Source: a virus (lineage: Duplodnaviria; Caudoviricetes). From it: a stretch of 64,000 nucleotides of DNA. Within the stretch, counting starts at the first letter, position 1. Every line of letters starts with the position of its first letter. A program made the translations under genes and the position numbers. Location of the stretch: positions 32,001-96,000 of IMG/VR virus record IMGVR_UViG_3300031992_000042; one strand, 5' to 3'. Below the pieces are notes generated by a model. The model saw only the letters and a list, made by a program, of their open reading frames with translations, made no database searches and had not been told where the DNA came from. Below, in pieces: positions 30,895 to 40,196 of this stretch.

Positions 30895-31293
30895 ATGAAG
30901 AAAGTTTATATCGTGAAGTCCCAGCTGCCCGTTGTTGCGTCTGATGCTCGTTATACAGTTACTTTTGCTGTTGAGCATCTTCGCGGTAAGACTTGGGAGT
31001 TTGACGTAATGTCAGACGACAACAGCTACCGCGACGTAAAGAGCGACAAGGTTAAGGTTATTATGAAGCCTGACCTTGCGTCTATGGCGTTCCCGGAGGA
31101 CGCCAATCGTCGTCTTGACTACGTTATGAGCATTGAAGATGCTCGTAACTTCTGGAAGTTCATGCACAAGTCAGTTCACTTCTGGTTCGCTCTGGATATG
31201 GCGAATCAGGCTGAACTGCACGGCTTTGACGCCGATCTCGTCAAGTGCATGGAGAACTGCAATGGTTGCGTTGCAGACGTTGAACCCGTGTAA
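30895..31293 (+). CDS. Early hypothetical protein
   Basis: GGAGG RBS; first gene of the divergent plus-strand region. Confidence 0.6.
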   Translation: MKKVYIVKSQLPVVASDARYTVTFAVEHLRGKTWEFDVMSDDNSYRDVKSDKVKVIMKPDLASMAFPEDANRRLDYVMSIEDARNFWKFMHKSVHFWFALDMANQAELHGFDADLVKCMENCNGCVADVEPV

Positions 31294-31396
31294 TGCCGAA
31301 AAGCTCTGCTCCGAAAGGAGCATCTTCTACGTGGTGGTGGCTCCCCACGTACTGATGATGGCAAGCCGTCACGGAATTCGCTTAGGAGGTGTTGGC

Positions 31397-31612
31397 ATGG
31401 TTGATACCTATATCGACATTGTCAACGGCAAACGTGTCGAGAAGGAAATTGAAACTTTCGACGATGCGATGCTTGCGTGGGAAACCGGACAATTGTCCGG
31501 TTTCGAAGTTCCTGACTATATAAACAGTCGAAACGACGCAAAAATTGCATACGAAGCTGGGCTTCTTAACGAAGCAGGTTTCAGGTTCTTCGATACGATG
31601 CAATACGATTAA
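31397..31612 (+). CDS. Early hypothetical protein
   Basis: AGGAGG RBS before MVDTYIDIV. Confidence 0.55.
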   Translation: MVDTYIDIVNGKRVEKEIETFDDAMLAWETGQLSGFEVPDYINSRNDAKIAYEAGLLNEAGFRFFDTMQYD

Positions 31613-31775
31613 ACCTTGATAGACGAGAGTTCTGTTAGGACTCTCGTAATCAGGGCTTGGTCTCTGTCGCTTAGTTGCAGATTAGCGTAACTGTAACAGC
31701 TTAACCCAGCTAAAGGGAATAATAAAAGAGCTACAGCGGCAACTGTAGCTCAAGATCTGAAAGGAGTTGTCCACC

Positions 31776-32009
31776 ATGTCAAAGTTTCTCACTATTCTCA
31801 GATCCGTAGTTAATAATACTGCGGAGAACAGCGTTAAGTCAAGTCTGAAAAAGCTTGGCTTCAATGTCACAAACAAAGATGCCATTCGACACGAAATCAA
31901 GCGTCTTGATGCCGAAGCTATCGATCTTATTGGTGATAACGATGCGTACTATGCCAACCATAAAGCCTGTTGGAATCTTACCAGCCTTTTGCTTGGGGAG
32001 GTGAAGTAA
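31776..32009 (+). CDS. Early hypothetical protein
   Basis: AAAGGAG RBS. Confidence 0.55.
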   Translation: MSKFLTILRSVVNNTAENSVKSSLKKLGFNVTNKDAIRHEIKRLDAEAIDLIGDNDAYYANHKACWNLTSLLLGEVK

Positions 32010-32010
32010 G

Positions 32011-32388
32011 ATGTTTATTATCACGTATGATGAACAACGTGGCATTTACTACTATCGCAATATAACAGAGTCGTTTAAAGATCGAAATGAAGCTAACAGC
32101 CGCTGGGTTGAGTTGAAGAAGAACCCGCTAATCGCTAACATGCGTCCTAGCACAACAGAAGAACCTGAACAGACTTACATTGCCGTTCAGGTTCTTTTCT
32201 CTAATTACAGCAAGAAATACACGTATCTTGCTAACGATCCTGTTGAAGTAGGGCAACTAGTCGTTGTCCGTACCGAAGAAGGATTAAAGGTTGTTACTTG
32301 TGTCGGTTGCACAAGAGCAACAAGATCCCAACTTGAGGTTATTTGTCCCTTTAATAAATTTAAGAAAATAGTAGGAAAGGTGGTTTAA
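32011..32388 (+). CDS. Early hypothetical protein
   Basis: GGAGG RBS; KKYTY...VGQLVVV motif. Confidence 0.6.
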   Translation: MFIITYDEQRGIYYYRNITESFKDRNEANSRWVELKKNPLIANMRPSTTEEPEQTYIAVQVLFSNYSKKYTYLANDPVEVGQLVVVRTEEGLKVVTCVGCTRATRSQLEVICPFNKFKKIVGKVV

Positions 32389-32561
32389 GCATGTTAGTTC
32401 TTGTCACAGCTATTGTTGTTACCGTCATAATCGCTCCTGATCTGTGGGAGTATTGCAAGAACTATTATAAACCTTAACACACAGGAGCCCTTCGGGGCTC
32501 TTGTAGTTAGGGCTTATGTCCTAATAATTTATGGGTTGCGACCTACCGCAGGAGGTATATT

Positions 32562-32744
32562 ATGAACATGTCAAAGAATACTTACAATGCAATTTCCCCC
32601 TACAACAAAGCATCAAACGCTCGTAAGAACACAACTACTTTCTTTAATCCTGTAAATATAAAAGAACTACAAGCATGGGCTAATAAAGGACTAAATGTCG
32701 ATAAAACAAAATTGATGATAATCAAGTATACAGCAAAAGCATAA
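32562..32744 (+). CDS. Small early hypothetical protein
   Basis: AGGAGG RBS. Confidence 0.5.
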   Translation: MNMSKNTYNAISPYNKASNARKNTTTFFNPVNIKELQAWANKGLNVDKTKLMIIKYTAKA

Positions 32745-32990
32745 TATGCTTTTGCTTTTATATAGTTTGCAGAACACTCCATCTGCATCCTAACAGCTAA
32801 GCTTGACAACTTAGTTAGGAGTATTGCCTTGTCAGCCGTTTGCTGCGAAAAAGCTAAAGGGGCTTCTGTCCCAAAGAAGCCCCGGTGCGGTGTCCCAAAC
32901 CGCATTTCAAGGAGATAACTATGAAATACATCCATATGTATTTTATCAGTTCTCCAAACAAATTACAAGATCTGTTTAGGAGGTAATACT

Positions 32991-35414
32991 ATGAAAATGA
33001 TCCAGAAGCTAAACCTTATCGAAAATAAGGTTGACACCATCTCTCTGTTCACGTCAGCGTTCACAGACAAACTCGATGCTATGAGCATCGATCCCAAAGA
33101 CGCAATCGTCAAGATTTGCGCAGAGTGCCCTAAGAACGATGAAGCAGAAGCTATTGTCAAGGCTACACTTGCGAACTATTGCGCCGAAGGTTATCTCCTC
33201 GGAGAGAACATTTACGATGCATTTTGCGCTGGTGCTAGCGATGCTCGTAAAGCTACAGCTACTTGGCTTCGGCACGATCTCGTTCCTGAACTTGGCAAGT
33301 GGGCTATGTGTGGGTTGAACACCAAGAACATGAAACTCGCTATTAACAAGTACATGGCATACATCGGATTGCTGTTCTCTGCAAGCAAGCCTTTCGTCGA
33401 TGTTTTCGGCAAGAAGATTGACATTCGTCGTGTCGCTGTTATCAAAGATACAGATGTTGTCGTTAACGCAGTTGCAGATCTTGTGACGATGGAATCTGTG
33501 TCTCGTAAGGTTAATCGCGAGATGGTTATCAATGCATTTGATGGATGTGGAATCCATCGCTATGAACTTACAAACGGCGAAGCTTGCACTTTAAGAGACG
33601 CTTGGATGAAGATCTGCAGTTTCCCTGTAAAGTGGAGTAAACTGTTTGGTTTCTGCTGCGACCGTGGCATCAAAGCTACGTTTGTAGACTTCTGGGGTAA
33701 TGAGATCGCTCTGAAAGACGTGGATCTTATTATCACGGAGTCTTGCTTCAAAACAATTAAACTGTATGAATCTTGGGAGCAGTATTGCAGCGCTCACGAA
33801 GCTCTTGGACATGAAATCCGTGTCTGCGTACGGGAGCACGCTCCGAAGCTGAAGGGACTTCCTTATCAGCAAGGTCAGACTCTGATGGGTAACGAAGACG
33901 ACGCAATGTCCTTCGCTATGCATGCCAAGAAAACGGTGTACAAGTATCATGACATAGCTGGCGCACCGAAACTCCTCCGTGGCGCTCATCAGCAGGCTGC
34001 AAAGATGTATCCTGCGCTGATGACTGAAGGTCATACTAAACGGGCAATGCAGGAAATGTACACAACCAAACGTAACGATATGCTCGGCGGACGTATCCCT
34101 GAGCTTGGTTACAATGCGTTTCTCGCTCCTGATCCGGTTGCATTTGCAGAGCATCTGTTCGGACTGGAAATCAAAGGCTTCCTGAAAGCAGGAGAATGCT
34201 ATTGCTCGAACTGCAAGGAAGGTCTCGTTGATGTGACTCGGTCTCCGCACCTGGACAACGCACATGTCCTTCTGAACAACGTGACTGAATGCCCGCTGGC
34301 AGAAGGTCCTACGATGTTCATCAACATCTTCGACACAACTACTATTCAGCTTCGTGCTGACTATGATGGCGATCATGTATGGTACAGCCAAGACGAACAT
34401 CTGCTTCGACTGGTTGAAGAAACCTACGAAAAGCTGAACAATATTCCTGTTGATTGGGATGTTGCTAAAACAGATAAAGTCCAGATCACCAAGTCTGGAG
34501 TTGCGAACTTCATCATCAACCTGATCCACGGATCTGAAATCGGCTTGTATGCCGATGCTCTGACTAAGATGTGGAATCAAGCTTACGATCAGGACGTCTG
34601 TGATTGGTTAACTTATGCAGCTAACGTTCTTATCGATGCTGCAAAGCATGCGACTGTGAAGATTAAGAAACCTGATGCGGTTGTCGAACTGAACAAGGTT
34701 TCTCTTCCGCTGTTTGCAATGTATGCCAAAGCGGATGCTGACCGTCCTGTCGGTGACTATTGGCTGAAAGAGCGCAAAGTCATGACTCGTCGCGGAGAAG
34801 AAGTAAATCTGCCTCCCCGTTGTGCTTATTCTGGATCTTTCTTGGATATGTATTCTAAGAAGGTGCAAGAGAACGTGACTGAAACGCTGACAGTCGAAGG
34901 ACTGGATAACGAAATCTTCGACGTCACCAAGATGATGTTCGACGCGCATCGCAAGATCGGCAAACTGTCTGGTCTGTCCAAAAAGGGCGTTTACAACGAA
35001 CAGACTGGCAAGTTCAACGACTGTGGTCTCTTCCAAGAGATTGCCTTTCGGCACAGCACCGAATGGAACAAACTGGTAGGAGAAACTTCCTTCTTTGCTC
35101 ATCGCCGTGAGTGGGAAGAAGAAGTTGCGAAAGCTGCCCGCAAGGAGATCATCGACTGGGCTCGTGCTCAGTACGAAAATACTTCTGACATCTCCGATGA
35201 ACGCATTGAAGATGCTTGCTATGACATAATTGTCCGTAACATTTACGGTACAAAGATGAGTGATGGCATGGACACTGTAATCAAACAGGCGTTCTGGAGA
35301 ATCTATGGAGATAAGGCTGTGAAGGCTCTGAAGCAGAACCTGAACGAGTCTATCCCGGACTTCGATGACGAAGAGTTTGAAGAGCTCTTCGATGTAAGTG
35401 ACTGCGATTGCTAA
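32991..35414 (+). CDS. Single-chain two-barrel RNA polymerase (YonO-like), copy 1
   Basis: AFDGCG...LR, VTRSPHL, catalytic ADYDGD, IDAAKH; AGGAGG RBS. Confidence 0.85.
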   Translation: MKMIQKLNLIENKVDTISLFTSAFTDKLDAMSIDPKDAIVKICAECPKNDEAEAIVKATLANYCAEGYLLGENIYDAFCAGASDARKATATWLRHDLVPELGKWAMCGLNTKNMKLAINKYMAYIGLLFSASKPFVDVFGKKIDIRRVAVIKDTDVVVNAVADLVTMESVSRKVNREMVINAFDGCGIHRYELTNGEACTLRDAWMKICSFPVKWSKLFGFCCDRGIKATFVDFWGNEIALKDVDLIITESCFKTIKLYESWEQYCSAHEALGHEIRVCVREHAPKLKGLPYQQGQTLMGNEDDAMSFAMHAKKTVYKYHDIAGAPKLLRGAHQQAAKMYPALMTEGHTKRAMQEMYTTKRNDMLGGRIPELGYNAFLAPDPVAFAEHLFGLEIKGFLKAGECYCSNCKEGLVDVTRSPHLDNAHVLLNNVTECPLAEGPTMFINIFDTTTIQLRADYDGDHVWYSQDEHLLRLVEETYEKLNNIPVDWDVAKTDKVQITKSGVANFIINLIHGSEIGLYADALTKMWNQAYDQDVCDWLTYAANVLIDAAKHATVKIKKPDAVVELNKVSLPLFAMYAKADADRPVGDYWLKERKVMTRRGEEVNLPPRCAYSGSFLDMYSKKVQENVTETLTVEGLDNEIFDVTKMMFDAHRKIGKLSGLSKKGVYNEQTGKFNDCGLFQEIAFRHSTEWNKLVGETSFFAHRREWEEEVAKAARKEIIDWARAQYENTSDISDERIEDACYDIIVRNIYGTKMSDGMDTVIKQAFWRIYGDKAVKALKQNLNESIPDFDDEEFEELFDVSDCDC

Positions 35415-35467
35415 AGATTAAAGCTGCGCTATCGGCTATACGGGCTATTGAGAAAGGAGAATGAAAA

Positions 35468-35884
35468 ATGAACGTTTACTTTGTGTGTGATGGATTTTAT
35501 CCTTGCTTTGTTCAGTCTCAGGCTATTTACGACTTCGATAAAGCTATGAAATGCTACGAAGAAGTAAATGAATATCAGCCGATGGATCTATTTAAACTCA
35601 ACGGCGAAACTGGAGAACTTTCCTGTTACGACTGCATGGAAGACACGTTCTATACTGGAAGCAAGGTTTACATTGTTGTCAGACGTCCTGCAAACGTTAA
35701 CTATCCTGAAACTGTTATCTGCGACAATGGCATCTTCAACAAACTTAAAGATGCAGAAGATTTTATAGCATTGAATGGTGGTTCATGGAAACTGTATTCA
35801 CACCAGGGACTTATCGATAAACTAAATGAGAGCGAAAGAATTAAGAAAGAAGAAATTCCAGACGAAGATGAACGTCCATTCTAA
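35468..35884 (+). CDS. Hypothetical protein with an SSB-like acidic tip (DEDERPF)
   Basis: AAAGGAG RBS; followed by a terminator. Confidence 0.6.
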   Translation: MNVYFVCDGFYPCFVQSQAIYDFDKAMKCYEEVNEYQPMDLFKLNGETGELSCYDCMEDTFYTGSKVYIVVRRPANVNYPETVICDNGIFNKLKDAEDFIALNGGSWKLYSHQGLIDKLNESERIKKEEIPDEDERPF

Positions 35885-35889
35885 TAATT

Positions 35890-35915
35890 AGCCAGTCGAA
35901 AGACTGGCTTTTTTA
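35890..35915 (+). terminator. Intrinsic terminator
   Basis: AGCCAGTC-GAAA-GACTGGCT followed by a T run. Confidence 0.85.
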
Positions 35916-36185
35916 TTTTTTACGAGTATGGCATTAAACCTGACTAAAGATTCATACACGGGAGTCTCGAAAGAGACTCTCGTAATGAGTCCTTAGTGAC
36001 TCTGGTATAATTTTACCCGACGACTATTTTTATCGGCTCCAAAATTTAGGGGCGGGATATTTTTTTGGGGAGCACGATGTTTCCGGTCTTAACTCACGTG
36101 ACTTGATCTAAAAAGACGGCGCAAGCGCCTGCTAATGCTGTGAAGATAAGTCTTATCTTCGTAATAATATTTGGAGGTGCAGACC

Positions 36186-36413
36186 ATGAATCCCATTGAC
36201 CTGTTGAACGAAGCAAAGAATCAGAGAATGTTTCTCGAAGCTGACAAGAAAGAAATCGAAGCTATCGAGGAAGAACTGAAGACTGGAGACACCAGCCGCA
36301 AACTCAGACTGGAAGAACTGTTCGAATTGGTTGACAGCCATATCAAATGGCTTGAAACTCACGCTCAGGAAATGAGCGAATCCGCACGACTGCTCAGAAG
36401 AGTCGTTGCGTAA
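36186..36413 (+). CDS. Small coiled-coil hypothetical protein
   Basis: GGAGG RBS. Confidence 0.55.
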   Translation: MNPIDLLNEAKNQRMFLEADKKEIEAIEEELKTGDTSRKLRLEELFELVDSHIKWLETHAQEMSESARLLRRVVA

Positions 36414-36891
36414 TACCTGCCACGACTACTGCTTTGCGCTGGTCAAGGTGGAAGAACCTTGTATGCATCCTCTGCTCATCCACGTTGGTGAGCGGAATTA
36501 TGCATACAGGGACGCTTTCAAGAACAGGTGGCACGAAAAACTGTTCTTGTCTGACATGTCCTACATGAAGTTTATCGTTTCGAAGAGATGCCAGCTCTGA
36601 CTGACGATAGCTGCACGGGTCCCGGGGGATGACGGGTCCCCTGGGGTTTGCCCGAACTTTTATATCGATATTATCTTAATCTTCATCGCTTCAGCGTTGA
36701 AGCGACTGAAGCGAGCTTCATGGGTTCCTCCTTTCTTAGGGACTGGCGTGGGAAACCAGTCCCATCCTTTCGTTAATTTGGCTTCGTGAGCTGTGCCATA
36801 AACAGCTCACTTTTTTTGTCTTAACCATGCTACTTGGCTTTAGCGACGGCGCAAGCGCCTGCTAATACCACGAACAAATCTCTACAAGGAG

Positions 36892-37350
36892 GTGTTAATT
36901 GTGCTAGAGATTATTGCTCATACCGATGGTTCGTGTTTAGGCAACCCCGGAGTTGGCGGATATGCCGCACGAATGGAAGCTAAAGGCAAGATTAAGTTTT
37001 GCCAAGGATACGAGACTGAGGACACGACTAACAACCGAATGGAACTTTGCGCTGTTATTCGTGTTATGAAGTGGTGCAATGCAATTCAAAAAGAGCCTTG
37101 CAAAGTGACCTTCTATACAGACAGTCAGTATCTTATCGACTGCTTCAAGCATGACTTCTCAGACCTGTCTTCTAACTCTAGAGCGAACAGTGACTTGTGG
37201 GTTCAGCTTATTAAAGAAACGCTGAACGGACATCACGAAATTTCCTTTGTGAAAGTGAAAGGTCACAACGGAAACATGCGCAACGAAGAAGTAGACAAAC
37301 TTGCAAAAGCGCAAGCGTTGAAAGCGAGGCATGAACGTTATGGAACTTAA
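36892..37350 (+). CDS. rnhA: Ribonuclease HI
   Basis: HTDGSCLGNPGVGGY, TTNNRMEL, YTDSQY, NSDLW, VKGHNG...NEEVDKLA. Confidence 0.92.
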   Translation: MLIVLEIIAHTDGSCLGNPGVGGYAARMEAKGKIKFCQGYETEDTTNNRMELCAVIRVMKWCNAIQKEPCKVTFYTDSQYLIDCFKHDFSDLSSNSRANSDLWVQLIKETLNGHHEISFVKVKGHNGNMRNEEVDKLAKAQALKARHERYGT

Positions 37351-37427
37351 AGCACACGTATTATCCTGTTTCGTTTCTTTGGCATCAGCTTTGGTTGTTG
37401 CCGCATTATTACTTGGAGGAATCTAAC

Positions 37428-37574
37428 ATGTGGGATGAAATACTGAAAAGCTACGACAATTTGGATGACTATTTCGCAGATCACCCAGAAGAATACGATG
37501 ACTACGTAGATGACATGTACGAACTCTACGGGCACGAAGAGCCTATCGACTATCCTGAAGACTGGGCGGTGTAA
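37428..37574 (+). CDS. Small, very acidic and aromatic peptide (48 aa)
   Basis: GGAGG RBS; MWDEILKSYDNLDDYFADHPEEYDDY... Confidence 0.5.
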   Translation: MWDEILKSYDNLDDYFADHPEEYDDYVDDMYELYGHEEPIDYPEDWAV

Positions 37575-37576
37575 TA

Positions 37577-37834
37577 ATGCAGATTCTTGATAATGTCATC
37601 ATTCTTTCTTTGCCTGTGCTTGCATTTATTGCAGGCAAGATTATTTCTGACAGATACCATGAACGTCAGATTCAGGAACTTGAGTATCAGCTTCGACTGT
37701 ATGCCGCTGAACGTGGAGTGGGTTACGTTGCTCCTCCTGCAAAGCGTAAGTATGTCCCTATAGGTCAACCTTTTATGGACAAGCTGAAAGAGAACGGTCA
37801 TGCTACCCAAGCTCTTCGGAACCCTCATACTTGA
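37577..37834 (+). CDS. Small membrane-anchored hypothetical protein
   Basis: N-terminal hydrophobic segment. Confidence 0.55.
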   Translation: MQILDNVIILSLPVLAFIAGKIISDRYHERQIQELEYQLRLYAAERGVGYVAPPAKRKYVPIGQPFMDKLKENGHATQALRNPHT

Positions 37835-38069
37835 CCTAACGAGACGGCGCAAGCGCCTTCTAATTCTATGAAAAAGGAATCTTCATGATTCTTTTTATCG
37901 CATGAATGAAATCCATCACTCTTCGTGCAAGTGGCGTCACGTACCCACTATAAATACCGCCGCGTGATAGTCTGCATCGGACGATAAAAGATGGCGTTGG
38001 TCTGCACGAATCTGAAGCAGGCAGAAATACAAAACAAGTAATAAAAAGCAAATTTCGGAGGTAACTAAA

Positions 38070-38459
38070 ATGACTACATTTGTTGGTAATATTTCTAAGG
38101 CTGCAAACACCCGTTACGTTGAAGCTCTGCATACGACTGTGACCGACTTTAATGTCGCTGAGAACTATCAGGGTCGTAACGGCAAGCGGTATACTCAGTT
38201 CTACCGTGTCAGCATCTGGGATAAGCGTGGCGCTAACCTCGAGAAGTACCTGACACTGGGTCGTCCGATTCAGATTTCCGGTCGTGTTAAGGCTTCTGCC
38301 TACATCGACAAGGATGGCAAGGCTCAGGCTCAGCTCGAGATTGCGAATCCGCAGGTAACCTTCATCACTGCGAACGGCGCTCCTGAAGAAGTGGATGCCG
38401 CCGCCGCTCCCGAAGCTCCTGTTGTGGACGAGATCCCGGAGGACGACAAGCCCTTTTGA
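38070..38459 (+). CDS. ssb: Single-stranded DNA-binding protein, copy 1
   Basis: OB-fold pattern (GN...F.VA...F.RVS.W...L..G...G) and acidic tip DDKPF. Confidence 0.85.
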   Translation: MTTFVGNISKAANTRYVEALHTTVTDFNVAENYQGRNGKRYTQFYRVSIWDKRGANLEKYLTLGRPIQISGRVKASAYIDKDGKAQAQLEIANPQVTFITANGAPEEVDAAAAPEAPVVDEIPEDDKPF

Positions 38460-38747
38460 TAAGACACTCCTCGGCATGGTGAGGAGACTATTTAAGTAAG
38501 ATTAAGGAGTCAGACTTGATGGAAGTCTGGCTCCTATTTTTTACTTAACCCTGTTTTTTGGTATAGCCTGTCTCTTTTGTTTCTGCTGTCGCAACATGAC
38601 AGTAGACATAAGAAAGATAGTTCGGTACCTAAATTTGAAGACTTTCTAAGATGGCTATAAGGGGAGGAGAATTTTTGGGGGCATATATTTTCTGTGCCGC
38701 AGATTTTTTGTAAGCCTCTTACATTTTTTAAGATAGGAGAACAATCG

Positions 38748-39050
38748 ATGACAGAAAAAATAGCTATGCTGGCAGAAGACACAGAGACTGTTATTAACTT
38801 TTGCAAGCACAACATCGGAGACTGGGCAGAAGTATACACGACAGACAAGGCGGTAATGAAGCGGTACGATAAGTTTATGCGGAACCATCCGGAGTGCTGC
38901 CGACTGGTAGGAGAAGACAAATACTCTATGACGTTTAGCGTAGACCCTAAATGTGCATCCTATTTTCCAAGAGCCCCTCGTAAAGTTAATTATACAGAGG
39001 AGCAAAAGCGACTGCTTACAGAACGTTTAGCCGCCGTAAGAAACAGATAA
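38748..39050 (+). CDS. Hypothetical protein
   Basis: AGGAG RBS before MTEKIAML. Confidence 0.55.
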   Translation: MTEKIAMLAEDTETVINFCKHNIGDWAEVYTTDKAVMKRYDKFMRNHPECCRLVGEDKYSMTFSVDPKCASYFPRAPRKVNYTEEQKRLLTERLAAVRNR

Positions 39051-39374
39051 GCACAGAATATAGTTTCTTGCCTAGATAAACACAAGTGACTTGTGACTGG
39101 AAACATACTCTATACAGAGAATGAGTATTTGTTCGTCCTAAAAAGCTAATCCGAAGCAATATGAAGTGAGTTCTGTAAAAAAAGGAGATAAACCTATGAC
39201 TGAAATTAGAATTTATCCTGAACACGACAAAATTGTCGTTACGCATGAATGTTCTGACCCTGACGACGCACTGATAGAGATGGTTTCTGCATATAAAGAA
39301 TGGGAAGACGATGGATGGGAATATTATCGTATGCCTTTGTCTGAATTTATGAAAAACTTTAGGAAGAACGACTG

Positions 39375-40020
39375 AAGACTTATCTTTTAGTTAATGTCTT
39401 AACGTTTAGTGACTGATCTTATCTGTTTAGACTGTCTATACTAAAAAGACATAATCTTCACTTGTTCAGATTAGTCTTTTTAGAATTCATTAGTCTTATC
39501 TGTCAGTTAAGACTCTATTATAAAGTCTCACTTACAACTTAAATTAACGTTCCTCTATATTCCCCTTTTATGGGGAATATAGGGAACGTATTAAACGAAT
39601 AATCTGTACTTATCGTTAAGTAACTGAACGTTTAGTCTCTTAACTGACTATATAGCCTTATCTTTCAGTTAAGACTCTTCTTTAAAAGATTATTCTTAAA
39701 GATAAGTCTATAATATATATATAATTATTATTATATAGAAGGAACTTTTCTAAATATGATTAATTAATCTAAAAATGATAAGACTTATCTGGTTTTAAAG
39801 ACTTTATTTAGGGGATAGTCTTTACTGTAGAGACTTTATTGTTTAGTAGAGATTAATTCTTTCAATAAAATACAATACAAAAAAGATTAGTTTTACATAA
39901 CAGTAAAGATCTATTCTTTCAAAATAATTCCTATTCAAATAGTCTTAACAACATTATCTAAAATAATTCTCTAATACTTAAACAATCTATAAACGATAAG
40001 ACTATCTAAAAGATAAGGAG
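39375..40020. other. AT-rich non-coding region with short AGACT/AGTCT/TTATCT repeats and a long hairpin; candidate replication origin
   Basis: No ORF of 60 aa or more; CAGTTAAGACTCT occurs twice; hairpin at 39548-39589. Confidence 0.45.
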
Positions 40021-40028
40021 AGACTGAA

Positions 40029-40196
40029 ATGAATTTTATAGCCGAGGATAAGATGTCGAAGAAACAGCGGGCGGAAATTAACAAAGCGCGAAGAATACAA
40101 TGGGACTTTAAACCTACGACTCGCGTTAAACCTTCTGCAAAAGTCTACAACAGAAAGAGGATAAAATATATATGCGATACAAAGAAAACGAATTAA
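40029..40196 (+). CDS. Small basic hypothetical protein
   Basis: AAGGAG RBS; MNFIAEDKMSKKQRAEINK...KVYNRK. Confidence 0.55.
   Translation: MNFIAEDKMSKKQRAEINKARRIQWDFKPTTRVKPSAKVYNRKRIKYICDTKKTN

Larger units (their letters stand above)
36115..37864 (+). repeat. Three copies of GACGGCGCAAGCGCCT(G/T)CTAAT at 36115, 36845 and 37843
   Basis: Near-identical 22-mers, each intergenic and upstream of a gene. Confidence 0.85.
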
